A stretch of DNA of 64,000 nt, from the IMG/VR virus record IMGVR_UViG_3300042691_032784, positions 17,153-81,152 of that record. The stretch is one strand, 5' to 3'. Under the pieces are notes generated by a model. The model worked only from the letters and a program-made list of their open reading frames with translations, searched no databases and was not told the DNA's origin. The DNA is from a virus. A program made the translations under genes and the position numbers. The first letter of the stretch is position 1; each line of letters starts with the position of its first letter. Positions 51,220 through 61,718 of this stretch are shown one piece after another.

Positions 51220-52731
51220 ATGATTGGTACACCTAACAGTACTTTTGCTTTACAAGGCTCCGCTCCTTATAGAATTGTACAACATGAAACTTTTGGAGAT
51301 GAAGGATATACAAATAATCTTTCTCTTACTAAAGCTCGTATGACAAATCCTGATACTCTTAATCCTGTTATTACTCATATGATGGGTAAAGAGAGTAAAA
51401 AATTCCCTCTTTTGTTTTTAACTGAAGGACAAAAAAAAGGTGTTAAATATGTAGAAATTCAAGATGTTGAATATGACTGGCCTGTATTTGGTCGTTTAAG
51501 ACGTACTGATGCTGTTGCTAGTACTGATTATGTAGCTGGTGATAAACCAGGTCTTGGAGGTACTCCTGTTTATGTTACTTTTAAAACTCGTTGGTTAAAA
51601 TATCAACATAATATTGTTTCTCCTCTTGGAATTAAAGCACGTATTATGTCTAGACCTGAAAAAGTAGCTAATGGTTATAGATATCAATTAGATATTATTA
51701 GAAATAATAATACTACTTTTATTCCATTAAGTGAACTTGCTCCAAATACTCTTTGGGCTATGTCAGGTGGTGCTAACGTTTCTGAAAGTTATTCTGTTGG
51801 AAATGAAAGTAATAAACAATTTCCTGGAAAAGTTAAAAATCAATTAGGTATTCTTCGTAAATCTTATGAAGTAGGTGGTAATGTTAGTCAACGTATGATG
51901 ACTTTTCATTTTCCTAAAAGTGGTGGTGGTGAAAGTAGCTACTATTTACCATTTGAAGAATGGCAACATGAGATGAATTTTAAACAAGATTGTGAAGAAT
52001 CTTTATGGGAATCTGAATATAATAGAGATGAAAATGGTACTATTATGAATATAGACCCTGATACTCAACTTCCTATTCCTTATGGTGCTGGTGTTAAAGC
52101 TCAAATTCCTAATAGAGATACTTATGGTATTTTAACTGCTAGAAAAATTAAAAGTATTGTAAGTGAAGTTATGTATGGAGCTACTGATACTGATAATATG
52201 AATATTACTTTATTTACTGGTATGGGTGGTAAAGAAGAATTTTCTAATGCTATTATGAATGAAATGAGTGGATGGTCTGCATACGATGGTGCTTTAAATA
52301 GTACTGTTACTGGTGGTCCACGTAATTTAGTTTATGGTGCTTTCTTTACTGGATTTAGACACGTAGATGGTCATATTATTAATGTTGCACACCTTCCTTA
52401 CTTAGATTTTGGAGGTACTGCTGAAAATGCTCCTAGACATCCTATTTCCGGTAAACCTATTACTTCTTATGAAATGCACTTTGTAGATATGAGTGTATAT
52501 GATGGAGAAAATAATGTTCAATTAGTAACTCAAAAAGGTCGTTCTTTAATTAGAGGTATTGAACAAGGTATGACTTTATTAAAAGGTCTTAATTACGGAG
52601 ATTATAGAGGTAATCAAATGGATATTCAATTATCTACTTCACAAGATAAAACTGCTATCCATTATCTTAAAACTCTAGGAGTTGCAATTAGAAGAAATAC
52701 TCATTGTTTTTCATTATATTGTTCATTATAA
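51220..52731 (+). CDS. Major capsid protein
   Basis: 503 aa; FPLLFLTEG, NQLGILRKS, LFTGMGG, GAFFTGFRHVDG; followed by a terminator. Confidence 0.88.
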   Translation: MIGTPNSTFALQGSAPYRIVQHETFGDEGYTNNLSLTKARMTNPDTLNPVITHMMGKESKKFPLLFLTEGQKKGVKYVEIQDVEYDWPVFGRLRRTDAVASTDYVAGDKPGLGGTPVYVTFKTRWLKYQHNIVSPLGIKARIMSRPEKVANGYRYQLDIIRNNNTTFIPLSELAPNTLWAMSGGANVSESYSVGNESNKQFPGKVKNQLGILRKSYEVGGNVSQRMMTFHFPKSGGGESSYYLPFEEWQHEMNFKQDCEESLWESEYNRDENGTIMNIDPDTQLPIPYGAGVKAQIPNRDTYGILTARKIKSIVSEVMYGATDTDNMNITLFTGMGGKEEFSNAIMNEMSGWSAYDGALNSTVTGGPRNLVYGAFFTGFRHVDGHIINVAHLPYLDFGGTAENAPRHPISGKPITSYEMHFVDMSVYDGENNVQLVTQKGRSLIRGIEQGMTLLKGLNYGDYRGNQMDIQLSTSQDKTAIHYLKTLGVAIRRNTHCFSLYCSL

Positions 52732-52749
52732 TACTTTTGGTTTAAACTT

Positions 52750-52785
52750 AAATAAGGTTACTAATTATTTAGTAGCCTTATTTTT
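52750..52785 (+). terminator. Intrinsic terminator after MCP
   Basis: AAATAAGGTTACTAA...TTAGTAGCCTTATTTTT stem with T-tract. Confidence 0.8.
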
Positions 52786-52816
52786 ACTTTTAATAATATA
52801 AAAATAAATAAATTTT

Positions 52817-53911
52817 ATGGAAAATAATGCACAAAGTGGTACAGCTACAAGCAATCCTGAAAAAACTATTAATCCTAATACTTTAAGTGTTAAAGATATT
52901 TTAAGTGCTAATATTAATAAACAAACTAATTCTCATTTAATTACTATTGAAGTAGCTCTTAGAAGAAGACCCGGAATGACAGGTTTACCTGGTCTTGACC
53001 CTGCTGAAAGAATTTATTGGTTAGGTGCTGCTTTAGATATAAGAACTAAAGGTAATTTAAAAGGAATTGTAGGAGAATTAGAAAAAACTTTTATGCCTAG
53101 TATTGTAGGTCATAGTCATAATGCACCTGAATTTAAAGCTAAAGTAGAAGAATATTGGTCTTCTTTTGGAGTTAAAGTTCCTCATGATGAAGAATTTTTA
53201 AAACCTCATAAAAGAGGAGTTCCTATTAAAATTCAAGTTAATGTTACCGGTAGTTTACTTAAAAATAGAATAGATAAAGTTTCTAGTATAGAAACAAAAA
53301 TGGAAATTATTAATGAAGCTTTAGTAACTTTAAATACTAATACTAATAGTAATTTTGCTTCTTTATTAGATGAATCTATCTCTGATTTTTTACTTCTTAA
53401 TTTTGCTTTAAAACATTCTAGAGTTGCTAATAATTTTGAAGATATTGGTAAATCTCCTAAAATTGAATTTTATATCTATGAAAAATCTAATGCAATAAAA
53501 GCTGCTGATAAAGATATTAAAAATAAAACTAAAGCAATGGCTTTATATCAAAGTTTAACAGGAGATGATAGAAAAATTGATGCAGTTCTTATTTTATTTA
53601 AAGAATCTCCTGGAGATTATGATGATGAAATGGAAAAATTAATTAAGATTTTTGAATTATATAATTTATCTAGTCAAAATCTTAATAATTTTATTTCTTT
53701 TGTTCAAGATGAATCTTGGGAAACTAAATATTTAATTAATTTAGCTGTAATTAAAGGAAAATTATCTAATCCTGTAAATACTACTGCTTACTATTATAAT
53801 CAAACTATGATAGGTAGAACTTTAGAAGATGCTGTATTAGAATTAACTTCTGATAAAGAAAATATGAAAGCTATTAAAAATACTTTATTAAAAGAAGTAG
53901 GTTTAGTATAA
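52817..53911 (+). CDS. Conserved crAss capsid-module protein
   Basis: Synteny after MCP; MPSIVG...VEEYW, IGRTLEDAV. Confidence 0.65.
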   Translation: MENNAQSGTATSNPEKTINPNTLSVKDILSANINKQTNSHLITIEVALRRRPGMTGLPGLDPAERIYWLGAALDIRTKGNLKGIVGELEKTFMPSIVGHSHNAPEFKAKVEEYWSSFGVKVPHDEEFLKPHKRGVPIKIQVNVTGSLLKNRIDKVSSIETKMEIINEALVTLNTNTNSNFASLLDESISDFLLLNFALKHSRVANNFEDIGKSPKIEFYIYEKSNAIKAADKDIKNKTKAMALYQSLTGDDRKIDAVLILFKESPGDYDDEMEKLIKIFELYNLSSQNLNNFISFVQDESWETKYLINLAVIKGKLSNPVNTTAYYYNQTMIGRTLEDAVLELTSDKENMKAIKNTLLKEVGLV

Positions 53912-53927
53912 ATTAATAATTAAATTA

Positions 53928-54977
53928 ATGACTACACAAGAGTTACATATAAATATAGATTTACTTTTACAAAAAGTTTCTAGTAATTGGAATAGTAATT
54001 TTTTGCCACAAGAAAAAGATATATTTATAAATAAAGAAATATTAAAATTTGTTAAACAACGTATTAATCCTTTAAGTAATATTAAATTAGAAGGAAGTTA
54101 TGATACAATTAAAAGAACTCAAGATATTAATAGTTTAACAAAAACTGTACCTCTAAATGTAATTGATTTAAATCAAAAGGAAGCTATTGTACAGCTTCCT
54201 TTTGATTTTTTATATTATGTTAGTGGTAGTTTAGATGTGTGTTGTAATTGTAATAATATTAATATTTCTACTTTTACTAAATATATTGCTACATTTTCCC
54301 CCATAGATGATAGTGTTGAGGATTTAAGTAGTGAAATATTAAGTCAATTAGACACTCTAATAGAAGGAGAAGATATTATAGATTTAGTTAATACTGTTAA
54401 TTTACCTGAAAATTATTTTCCTAGTGATAATTTACCTAATTATCGTAAATATTTTATTTATAATAATTTAATATTTAATAGTATTAAACGAAATCTTCCT
54501 ATTGGTTATGAAATTAAATATGATAAATTTAATAATAAATTTATTATTAGTTCTAATACTCCATTCGAAATAACTTTTTCTATGGGGGAAATAGATTTTG
54601 ACATAACATATACTCAAGAAATTAATAATACTTATAATTTAACTAATTCATTAGAATCTGAATTACGTATTATAGATGAAGAATTTAAAACTCATGTTAA
54701 AAAATCTTATTTATCAGGTAATAAAGATGAAAGTAGAATAGGTTATTTAAGAAATAATAGTATTATTTTACCAAAGTCACCTAATGTTATACTAGATACC
54801 TTAAATTTAACATATCGTTGTTATCCTAGTAAAGTAGATGTATTTTTACAATATAATTCAGAACTTACTGATGAAGCACTTGATGAAGTAATTAATAATG
54901 TTGCTCAAAATTTAAAAGGTGTTATTTCTGATGATGGTTATGAAAAATTTATTAGAGAAAATTTATTAATTGAATAA
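53928..54977 (+). CDS. Head-tail adaptor/ring protein
   Basis: MTTQELHI...LQKV-S...FLPQEKDIFINK N-terminus typical of crAss ring proteins. Confidence 0.65.
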   Translation: MTTQELHINIDLLLQKVSSNWNSNFLPQEKDIFINKEILKFVKQRINPLSNIKLEGSYDTIKRTQDINSLTKTVPLNVIDLNQKEAIVQLPFDFLYYVSGSLDVCCNCNNINISTFTKYIATFSPIDDSVEDLSSEILSQLDTLIEGEDIIDLVNTVNLPENYFPSDNLPNYRKYFIYNNLIFNSIKRNLPIGYEIKYDKFNNKFIISSNTPFEITFSMGEIDFDITYTQEINNTYNLTNSLESELRIIDEEFKTHVKKSYLSGNKDESRIGYLRNNSIILPKSPNVILDTLNLTYRCYPSKVDVFLQYNSELTDEALDEVINNVAQNLKGVISDDGYEKFIRENLLIE

Positions 54978-54990
54978 TTAAATTTAACTT

Positions 54991-55914
54991 ATGGAAAATG
55001 TTTTTATTGTTAATGCTATCGGAACTAAAGAATCTTCAACTACTGCTAGTATTGAAGGTTTAGCCGCTAGAGAAGTTCTTGTAATAGGAACTAATAATGT
55101 TGTACTTGCTACTCCTGCTGATTGTGTAGGTGTAGATGGTTTTTATTTTGTAACTAAATTAACTAGTGGTAAATTTAGAACTAGTGCTGTTATTAAAAGA
55201 CGTAATGTTACTTCTATTAAAAAGAAAGACTATGTTGCTTTTACTTTGCCTCAATGGCGACTTGCATCAGGAAGTAATGGACTTAATGTAGAAACTACAG
55301 GAGAAGCACAAATTGGTATTACTAATAAATCTTATAATAGAACTATTAATTACCAAAGAGTAAATGTAAATGTAGTTAAATTAGCAGGAGAAAGTACTGC
55401 TACTTATTTAGCTAAAGTAGTTGCAGCTTTAAATGCTGAAAATAGTAAATTATCTCAAACTTTATTTACAGCTACATTAGGTAATACCAGTTCTAATTAT
55501 TTTATAACTATAGCTTCTACTAATAGAAATGCAGATATTTCTATTACAATGGATGGTATGTTTGCCGGTACTGAAATTACTAATACTGTTGTTGCTGTAA
55601 CAGGTAATGGTTTTGGTGCTGATATTGTAGCTCTTGAAAAAGACCATTCTAAAAATTTAGGTAATCAAGGTTATGAAAGATTAACAGAAGCTTGGTATAA
55701 TGCTCCTACTGAATCTTTAGCTACTGAAAATTATGATATTCTTAATTTAGCTTGGAAAGGTGAATCACCTACTGCAAGTTCTAGTATGACTGTAGCTAGT
55801 AATACTATTACTTTAGGATTTCCTACAGGAGGTACTGTAATTGATAATGTAGAAACTTTACTTAGATATTTATCAGGAGATACTTATATTGATGAAACTC
55901 CTATTGAACCATAA
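54991..55914 (+). CDS. Putative auxiliary capsid/structural protein
   Basis: Thr/Ala-rich with GNGFG motif; followed by a terminator, suggesting high expression. Confidence 0.55.
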   Translation: MENVFIVNAIGTKESSTTASIEGLAAREVLVIGTNNVVLATPADCVGVDGFYFVTKLTSGKFRTSAVIKRRNVTSIKKKDYVAFTLPQWRLASGSNGLNVETTGEAQIGITNKSYNRTINYQRVNVNVVKLAGESTATYLAKVVAALNAENSKLSQTLFTATLGNTSSNYFITIASTNRNADISITMDGMFAGTEITNTVVAVTGNGFGADIVALEKDHSKNLGNQGYERLTEAWYNAPTESLATENYDILNLAWKGESPTASSSMTVASNTITLGFPTGGTVIDNVETLLRYLSGDTYIDETPIEP

Positions 55915-55940
55915 TATTTTATTTATTTGTTGTTAATCCT

Positions 55941-55980
55941 AAAACTACTGATACTGATTATCTTTATCAGTAGTTTTTTT
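55941..55980 (+). terminator. Intrinsic terminator
   Basis: AAAACTACTGATA...TATCAGTAGTTTT stem with T-tract. Confidence 0.75.
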
Positions 55981-55993
55981 AATTTAAACTAAT

Positions 55994-58255
55994 ATGAACA
56001 CAATAATAAATAATATTCATTATACTTTAAAAAAAATAACTAATAATTATATTATTACTAAAAATACTAATAATTTAGTAGTATTATCTTATAAATTTAG
56101 TATTTATAATTGTAATACTAATTTATTTGAAATTACTAATGAAGGTATTTTAGAAGATTTTAATGAAGTTGCAGAAATTACATTAATTAAAGATGGTAAA
56201 TATAAATTAGAATTTAATATTGAATCTGATGTAATAGGAGATTCTAGTATTGCTAATACTTTTATAGGTTTTTATCATTTCAATAATTTAAAAACTCAAT
56301 TAGTTAAAGAATTAAAAGCATTTTTATGTGATGATTGTAATTGTAAGTGTAAAGATAATTCTGATTGTACTTCTAAAGAAGCTAAATTTTGTTTAAAACA
56401 TAAAAAATTATTTAGTAAATTAGAAACTTATAGATATAATTTATCTGGATTTTTAATTAATTCTTATGTTATAGATAATATTAAATTATTTAGATTTATA
56501 CAAACAGTTATTTCTAATAATAGTTGTTTATTAACAAAAGAATTATGTAAAGAATTATTAGAAATTAGTTTAGGTAAACCTTATACTAATGAAAAAACTT
56601 ATAAATTTTATATAGCTTTATATTATTTAGGTATTTATTTTACAGAAAAATATATTGATACTGAATTATCAGAAGCAGATAATTTAATAAGATTAAACTA
56701 TTTAAATACTAGTTATAATTATAATGAAATTATAAATTGTATTTGTGGATTAGGTTTAGATATTAATACATTAGAACAATTATATAATAATATTTCTGGT
56801 GTTATTAATGATAATATTAATATTAATTTACCTCCTATTCAAGCTAGTTTAATTACTATTTTTCCTTTAATAAATGAAAGTGAAACTCAAACTTTTATTT
56901 TAACTGCTGATAATTTTTTAGATAATTATTCTGACCCTGAAGATAATGCACCTTTTTATATAAGAATTAGTAATTTTACTTTACCTAATACTATTAGATT
57001 ATTATTAAATAATAATCAAGTAGAACCTAATAGTATAATTAATTTTGCAGATATTTATAATGGATTATTATCTATTGAAGTAGATGAAATTACTAATCCA
57101 ATTGTATATAATATTCCTTATAATATTGCAGATGAAGGAAGTAATCAATTAGGAGCAGGTAATGTAATAAATATATTAGTATCTTCAGAAGATACCTATG
57201 AAAATTTACCTCCTATATCTATAGGAGATATTAATGTATTAGTTGAAACTAATGATGATTATTTTTTAACTATACCATTTCAACAAGCATTAGATAATTA
57301 TATTGACCCTGAAAATGATGAAATAGAAAATATTATTTTTACTCAAAATTATCCTAGTAATATTAATATTTTAAATATTATAAGTGAATTAGGTATTCCT
57401 TCTCAAACAGATATTCCTTATAATATTATAACTCAAGGACAATTAGGATTATTTGTTAGTTCTACTAAACCAGAAGGAGAATATATATTACCTTTTAAAG
57501 TATCTGATATAGGTTCTAGTACTTACGGTGCTACTGGTAATATTAATATTACTGTTAAAAGACCTGCTACATATGATGTAGTTATTAATTCTGTAAATGG
57601 TATAAATGTAATAGATAATATTATAACTTTACCTAATAATATAACATTAGCTAATATTATTGCTACTGAAACTTCTAACATTAATACAACTAGTATAAAT
57701 TGGACTTTAATATCTACACATAATCATGTAATTACTATAAATAATAATACTACTTTATTTCCTACGGTTGTAGGATTACAACAAGGTAATACTTATACAC
57801 TTAGATTAACAGTAATTAATGATGGTAATACTTATATAAAAGAGATTAAAATAATTGTTACAGCAATTATAACTACTCCTTTTCAAAAAAGTACTGGCAT
57901 AAATTTACAATTACAATCTGAAGGTAGTAATAGAGTTGGAATTACTGAAAATTTAATGAATACTTTACTTAATAATTATTTTCATCCTAATGGATTATTA
58001 CCTACAAATATTATTATTGTAACTACACCAGGTATTGGATTTTTAGAAATAGATGGTGGTTTATCTCCTATTAATGCAAATAATACTATTATATTAGATT
58101 ATAATCCTGGACAAACTAATGATAGATTTCAATATGTTTTTGATTATCCTATTGCTGTTTCTGTTCCTTTAAATACTAATTTTTATTTTTATTTTACTGA
58201 TATTAATGGAAATATTAGTAATATTGCTTTATGTCAAATTAATTTACTTACTTAA
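55994..58255 (+). CDS. Structural protein with Cys-rich N-terminal part and cadherin/PKD-like Ig repeats (fibre or adhesin)
   Basis: CDDCNCKC; two NLPP...Y-DPE...D-GS repeats; WTLIS...GLQQGNTYTLRLTV. Confidence 0.65.
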   Translation: MNTIINNIHYTLKKITNNYIITKNTNNLVVLSYKFSIYNCNTNLFEITNEGILEDFNEVAEITLIKDGKYKLEFNIESDVIGDSSIANTFIGFYHFNNLKTQLVKELKAFLCDDCNCKCKDNSDCTSKEAKFCLKHKKLFSKLETYRYNLSGFLINSYVIDNIKLFRFIQTVISNNSCLLTKELCKELLEISLGKPYTNEKTYKFYIALYYLGIYFTEKYIDTELSEADNLIRLNYLNTSYNYNEIINCICGLGLDINTLEQLYNNISGVINDNININLPPIQASLITIFPLINESETQTFILTADNFLDNYSDPEDNAPFYIRISNFTLPNTIRLLLNNNQVEPNSIINFADIYNGLLSIEVDEITNPIVYNIPYNIADEGSNQLGAGNVINILVSSEDTYENLPPISIGDINVLVETNDDYFLTIPFQQALDNYIDPENDEIENIIFTQNYPSNINILNIISELGIPSQTDIPYNIITQGQLGLFVSSTKPEGEYILPFKVSDIGSSTYGATGNINITVKRPATYDVVINSVNGINVIDNIITLPNNITLANIIATETSNINTTSINWTLISTHNHVITINNNTTLFPTVVGLQQGNTYTLRLTVINDGNTYIKEIKIIVTAIITTPFQKSTGINLQLQSEGSNRVGITENLMNTLLNNYFHPNGLLPTNIIIVTTPGIGFLEIDGGLSPINANNTIILDYNPGQTNDRFQYVFDYPIAVSVPLNTNFYFYFTDINGNISNIALCQINLLT

Positions 58256-58257
58256 TT

Positions 58258-58734
58258 ATGAAATTAAATATTAATAATAGAATTTTTGATATATTTAGAT
58301 TACCACTTAAATTATTAAAAATTCCTTTAGCAGATGATAATGAAGATAATAAAATATTAGTAGTTAATCCTAAAGGAGAAGTTAGATATACTAATAATTT
58401 ACCTTCTAATTCTAATACTGAAACATTTACTAAATTAGTTTATTATGTAAATAGCCAAGATGCAACAGGTTTACTTAATATAAGTAAAGTAACATCTAAT
58501 GTTGATATTGATTTTTCTTTTCCAAGACAAGAAGTTGGTATTTTTAGTTTAAATTTTGATTTTCCTGGAGATTTTTATATAGATTTTAAAGGAGCAGTTC
58601 AAGGCAGAAATGATTGTATTGAATATAATAAAGAAGAAAATAATTTTAAAACTTATGATAATTTAGGAAATTTAAGTGATTTTTATGCTTTTGAATTTGG
58701 AGGTTGGATTATTATACATTTATTAAATAATTAA
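58258..58734 (+). CDS. Hypothetical structural protein
   Basis: 158-aa ORF in the tail region. Confidence 0.6.
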   Translation: MKLNINNRIFDIFRLPLKLLKIPLADDNEDNKILVVNPKGEVRYTNNLPSNSNTETFTKLVYYVNSQDATGLLNISKVTSNVDIDFSFPRQEVGIFSLNFDFPGDFYIDFKGAVQGRNDCIEYNKEENNFKTYDNLGNLSDFYAFEFGGWIIIHLLNN

Positions 58735-58754
58735 TTAATTTAAAATATTATTAT

Positions 58755-59090
58755 ATGGAAGGAATTTTTGTAAAATTATCATTAAGTATTTTAAGTATAT
58801 TATTATATACTTTATTAAAAGCTTTACCTTATATTCAAAATAATAGTTTTGATATTAAATATTTTTTAAATCATAATTATAAAAAATGGATATGGTCTTT
58901 AATTACTATTATTATAGTAGTTATTATTATTAGTTTAGAACCTGCTACAGGAGAATTAATAAAAGTATTTTTAGGATTAGATATATTAGATACTCCTGCT
59001 TCTTTTTTTACTTTAGGTTTAGGTATATCTAATCTCGTTCAAGATGTAAGTAAAAGTAATAAAAAACAATTAGAAAAACATGATGGATAA
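58755..59090 (+). CDS. Holin-like membrane protein
   Basis: Two to three TM helices; upstream of the amidase. Confidence 0.55.
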   Translation: MEGIFVKLSLSILSILLYTLLKALPYIQNNSFDIKYFLNHNYKKWIWSLITIIIVVIIISLEPATGELIKVFLGLDILDTPASFFTLGLGISNLVQDVSKSNKKQLEKHDG

Positions 59091-59319
59091 TTCAGATTTT
59101 ACTATTACAAGTATTAAACCTTTAATAGTATCTTTACTTGGATTAATTATTAGTTATGTTAATATTAATCAAATTCTTAGTATTATTGTATTAATTTTAT
59201 CTATTATATATACTGGTTATAAAATAGAAGAAATGCATAATAAAAGAAAAACTAGATTAAAAGAAGAAAAAGAAGTTAAATCTAAATTAGAAGAAAATGA
59301 TAACAACAATAATAATTGA
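59080..59319 (+). CDS. Holin/antiholin-like small membrane protein
   Basis: Hydrophobic segments with a charged C-terminus; adjacent to the amidase. Confidence 0.55.
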   Translation: MMDNSDFTITSIKPLIVSLLGLIISYVNINQILSIIVLILSIIYTGYKIEEMHNKRKTRLKEEKEVKSKLEENDNNNNN

Positions 59320-59935
59320 TAGAGGTCATGGTTTATTAGATAAACAAGGTAATTATGTTACTCCTGGTAAAAGAGCTACTCTCCCTGATGGGAGAGTAGT
59401 TTTTGAAGGTTTAGAAAATAATAAATATGCAAAAGCTATTGCTAAAGCTGCTAAAGAAGCAGGATTTAATGTAATTTTTACTGTACTTACTACTGATTTT
59501 AAAGATGTATCTTTAGTAGAAAGAGTAAATAAAGCTAATAAACATCCTAATAAAAATAGTGCTATATTTTTATCATTACATAATAATGCCGCTAATGGTA
59601 AAGCTTTTGGAACAGAATTATTTACTTCTAAAGGTCAAACATTATCTGATATATATGCACAACATATTATTGATAGATATAGAATTAGTTTTCCTAACAG
59701 ACGTATGAGAACTGATAAAACAGATAAAGATTGTGATAAAGAATCTAATTTTTATGTTTTAGCTAGAACTATTATGCCTTCTATATTATTTGAATTTGGA
59801 TTTTTTGATAATCCTACTGATTATGATTGGTTAAGTAATGAAAAAAATATAGATTTATTAGCAAAATGTACAATAGATGGTATTGTATCTGCTAATATTG
59901 ATTTATATGGAGAGCATATATATCCACTTAAATAA
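59297..59935 (+). CDS. Endolysin, N-acetylmuramoyl-L-alanine amidase (Amidase_3)
   Basis: IIDRGHG, E, LVERVNKAN, SLHNNA, MPSILFEFGFFDN. Confidence 0.92.
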   Translation: MITTIIIDRGHGLLDKQGNYVTPGKRATLPDGRVVFEGLENNKYAKAIAKAAKEAGFNVIFTVLTTDFKDVSLVERVNKANKHPNKNSAIFLSLHNNAANGKAFGTELFTSKGQTLSDIYAQHIIDRYRISFPNRRMRTDKTDKDCDKESNFYVLARTIMPSILFEFGFFDNPTDYDWLSNEKNIDLLAKCTIDGIVSANIDLYGEHIYPLK

Positions 59936-59941
59936 TTAATT

Positions 59942-61261
59942 ATGAATGATTTTTTAAAAGTACTTAAAGGTAATTTACAATTTCCAAATATTAATATTTT
60001 TAATAGAAATAAAACTACTAATAATATTAAATTTCTTTGTATTACTAATGAAGGAAAACTTTTAATATTAGAAGATATAAATACTTTTAATGAAATTGTA
60101 AAGTTTTATAAAAATGTAGAATTTCATAATTCTAATTTAATATTTTATAATAATTTAGGAAAAGAAGTTGCTGCAATAACATTAAGTAATGGAGTTTTAG
60201 ATTTATTATCTAATGATGTAGCTAAAGTAAATGGAGCTAATATTATTACAGATATTAATGGAATTACTGCTGATGCTAATGGTTCTGTTACTTTAAATTT
60301 AAATTCAGCTCCTAGAGTAGTAAATTCTAACACTACTGCTATAAATGATGAAACTATTATTATAGTTGCTGATAGTACAATTTCTAATCCTTCTATACCT
60401 GTAGAGGGTAAAGGATATAAAGTTATAATAGTTAACGGTATAGCTACTATTAATGGAATTAATTATGGAGAAGGTAGAATTATTACTAGATTTTTTCATA
60501 GTGGTTCTTGGAGAACAAAAGTTTATGTAGATGAAACAATTATTGGAAGTGCTGTACAAACAGCTTTAAATAATAAACAAAATACATTAGGTTATACTCC
60601 TGAAAATGTAATAAATAAAACTAATTTAATTACAAGTGGAATAGGGACTTATCCTAATACCCCAACTGTTAAAAATTATGTTGATTTAGATGAATCTTCA
60701 TTTGGAGTTAAAAATAGATATGTTAGTGTATTGTCTATACAATCTACAATTACAACTTCAAATTTAGGTTCTAGTGCCGCTAATACAAATAATAGAGTAA
60801 CTTTTATACCTTTTAGAGTAGGTAAAGATATAAATATTAAAAATATTGCAATTTTACAAAATGCTGAAAATAATGGAGCAAATTCTAATTTAACTTTTTA
60901 TATATATAATGATAGTAATGATGGATTACCAGGTATTAAACTTCATCAAGTTATAAGTTCAAATGGTATATTTATAGGAGCAACTAAAGTAATAGATTTA
61001 CTAACTAATTTTAATTTAGTTAGAGGAAATTATTGGATAGGTATACATTTAAGAAGTTTAAATACAGTAGGTACTAATCCTACATTTGTTGGAGGAAATG
61101 TAACTTGGAATAGTGTATTAGAAGATACTTTAATCTATTCAAATAATAGAAATAATGTTTTAGTAGTAGCTAATCAATCTACTGATTTAGGAAATAATCC
61201 TATCTTATCTAATAGTTTATCAGCAACTATTTCTTTACCACAAATTTTTATAAAATTATAA
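59942..61261 (+). CDS. Tail fibre/receptor-binding protein
   Basis: INGITADANGSVTL, TALNNKQNTL, YPNTPTVKNYVD fibre motifs and beta-sandwich C-terminus. Confidence 0.7.
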   Translation: MNDFLKVLKGNLQFPNINIFNRNKTTNNIKFLCITNEGKLLILEDINTFNEIVKFYKNVEFHNSNLIFYNNLGKEVAAITLSNGVLDLLSNDVAKVNGANIITDINGITADANGSVTLNLNSAPRVVNSNTTAINDETIIIVADSTISNPSIPVEGKGYKVIIVNGIATINGINYGEGRIITRFFHSGSWRTKVYVDETIIGSAVQTALNNKQNTLGYTPENVINKTNLITSGIGTYPNTPTVKNYVDLDESSFGVKNRYVSVLSIQSTITTSNLGSSAANTNNRVTFIPFRVGKDINIKNIAILQNAENNGANSNLTFYIYNDSNDGLPGIKLHQVISSNGIFIGATKVIDLLTNFNLVRGNYWIGIHLRSLNTVGTNPTFVGGNVTWNSVLEDTLIYSNNRNNVLVVANQSTDLGNNPILSNSLSATISLPQIFIKL

Positions 61262-61282
61262 TGAAATTATAATTAAATTATA

Positions 61283-61714
61283 ATGAAACATATAGTTAAT
61301 ATAACAGGTAAATATTTAGGAATAGCAGGGTCTAAAACAATATTAATTGATGGACAAATAGAAGTTCCTAATGCTCCTCCTAGTAATTTAATAAAACCTA
61401 TTTGGGATTTTAATAATAATATTTATTATGAATCTGCAACAGAAGAAGAAATTCTTTTAAATAGAGAAATTCCTAATGAAGTTCCTTTATGGGCATTAAA
61501 GATTATTCTTAATGAAATGAAAATTATTAATAATGTAATTAATGCTTTTAATTTATTAGAAGAACCTACTAAAAGTAGAGTTAATTTTGTATGGGAATAC
61601 GGTAATTCAGTAGAACGTAATAGTAATACAGTTAATTTTATTAAATCTGTATTAAATTTATCAGATATTACTTTAGATACTATTTTTATTGAAGCAAGTA
61701 AAATTAAACTTTAA
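61283..61714 (+). CDS. Putative tail-fibre-associated/chaperone protein
   Basis: Follows the fibre; WEYG-SVER and LDTIFIEA motifs. Confidence 0.55.
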   Translation: MKHIVNITGKYLGIAGSKTILIDGQIEVPNAPPSNLIKPIWDFNNNIYYESATEEEILLNREIPNEVPLWALKIILNEMKIINNVINAFNLLEEPTKSRVNFVWEYGNSVERNSNTVNFIKSVLNLSDITLDTIFIEASKIKL

Positions 61715-61718
61715 GATT

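Noticed and set aside
55994-61714. Diversity-generating retroelement targeting the fibres
   Set aside because: No reverse transcriptase and no template/variable repeat pair seen in the window
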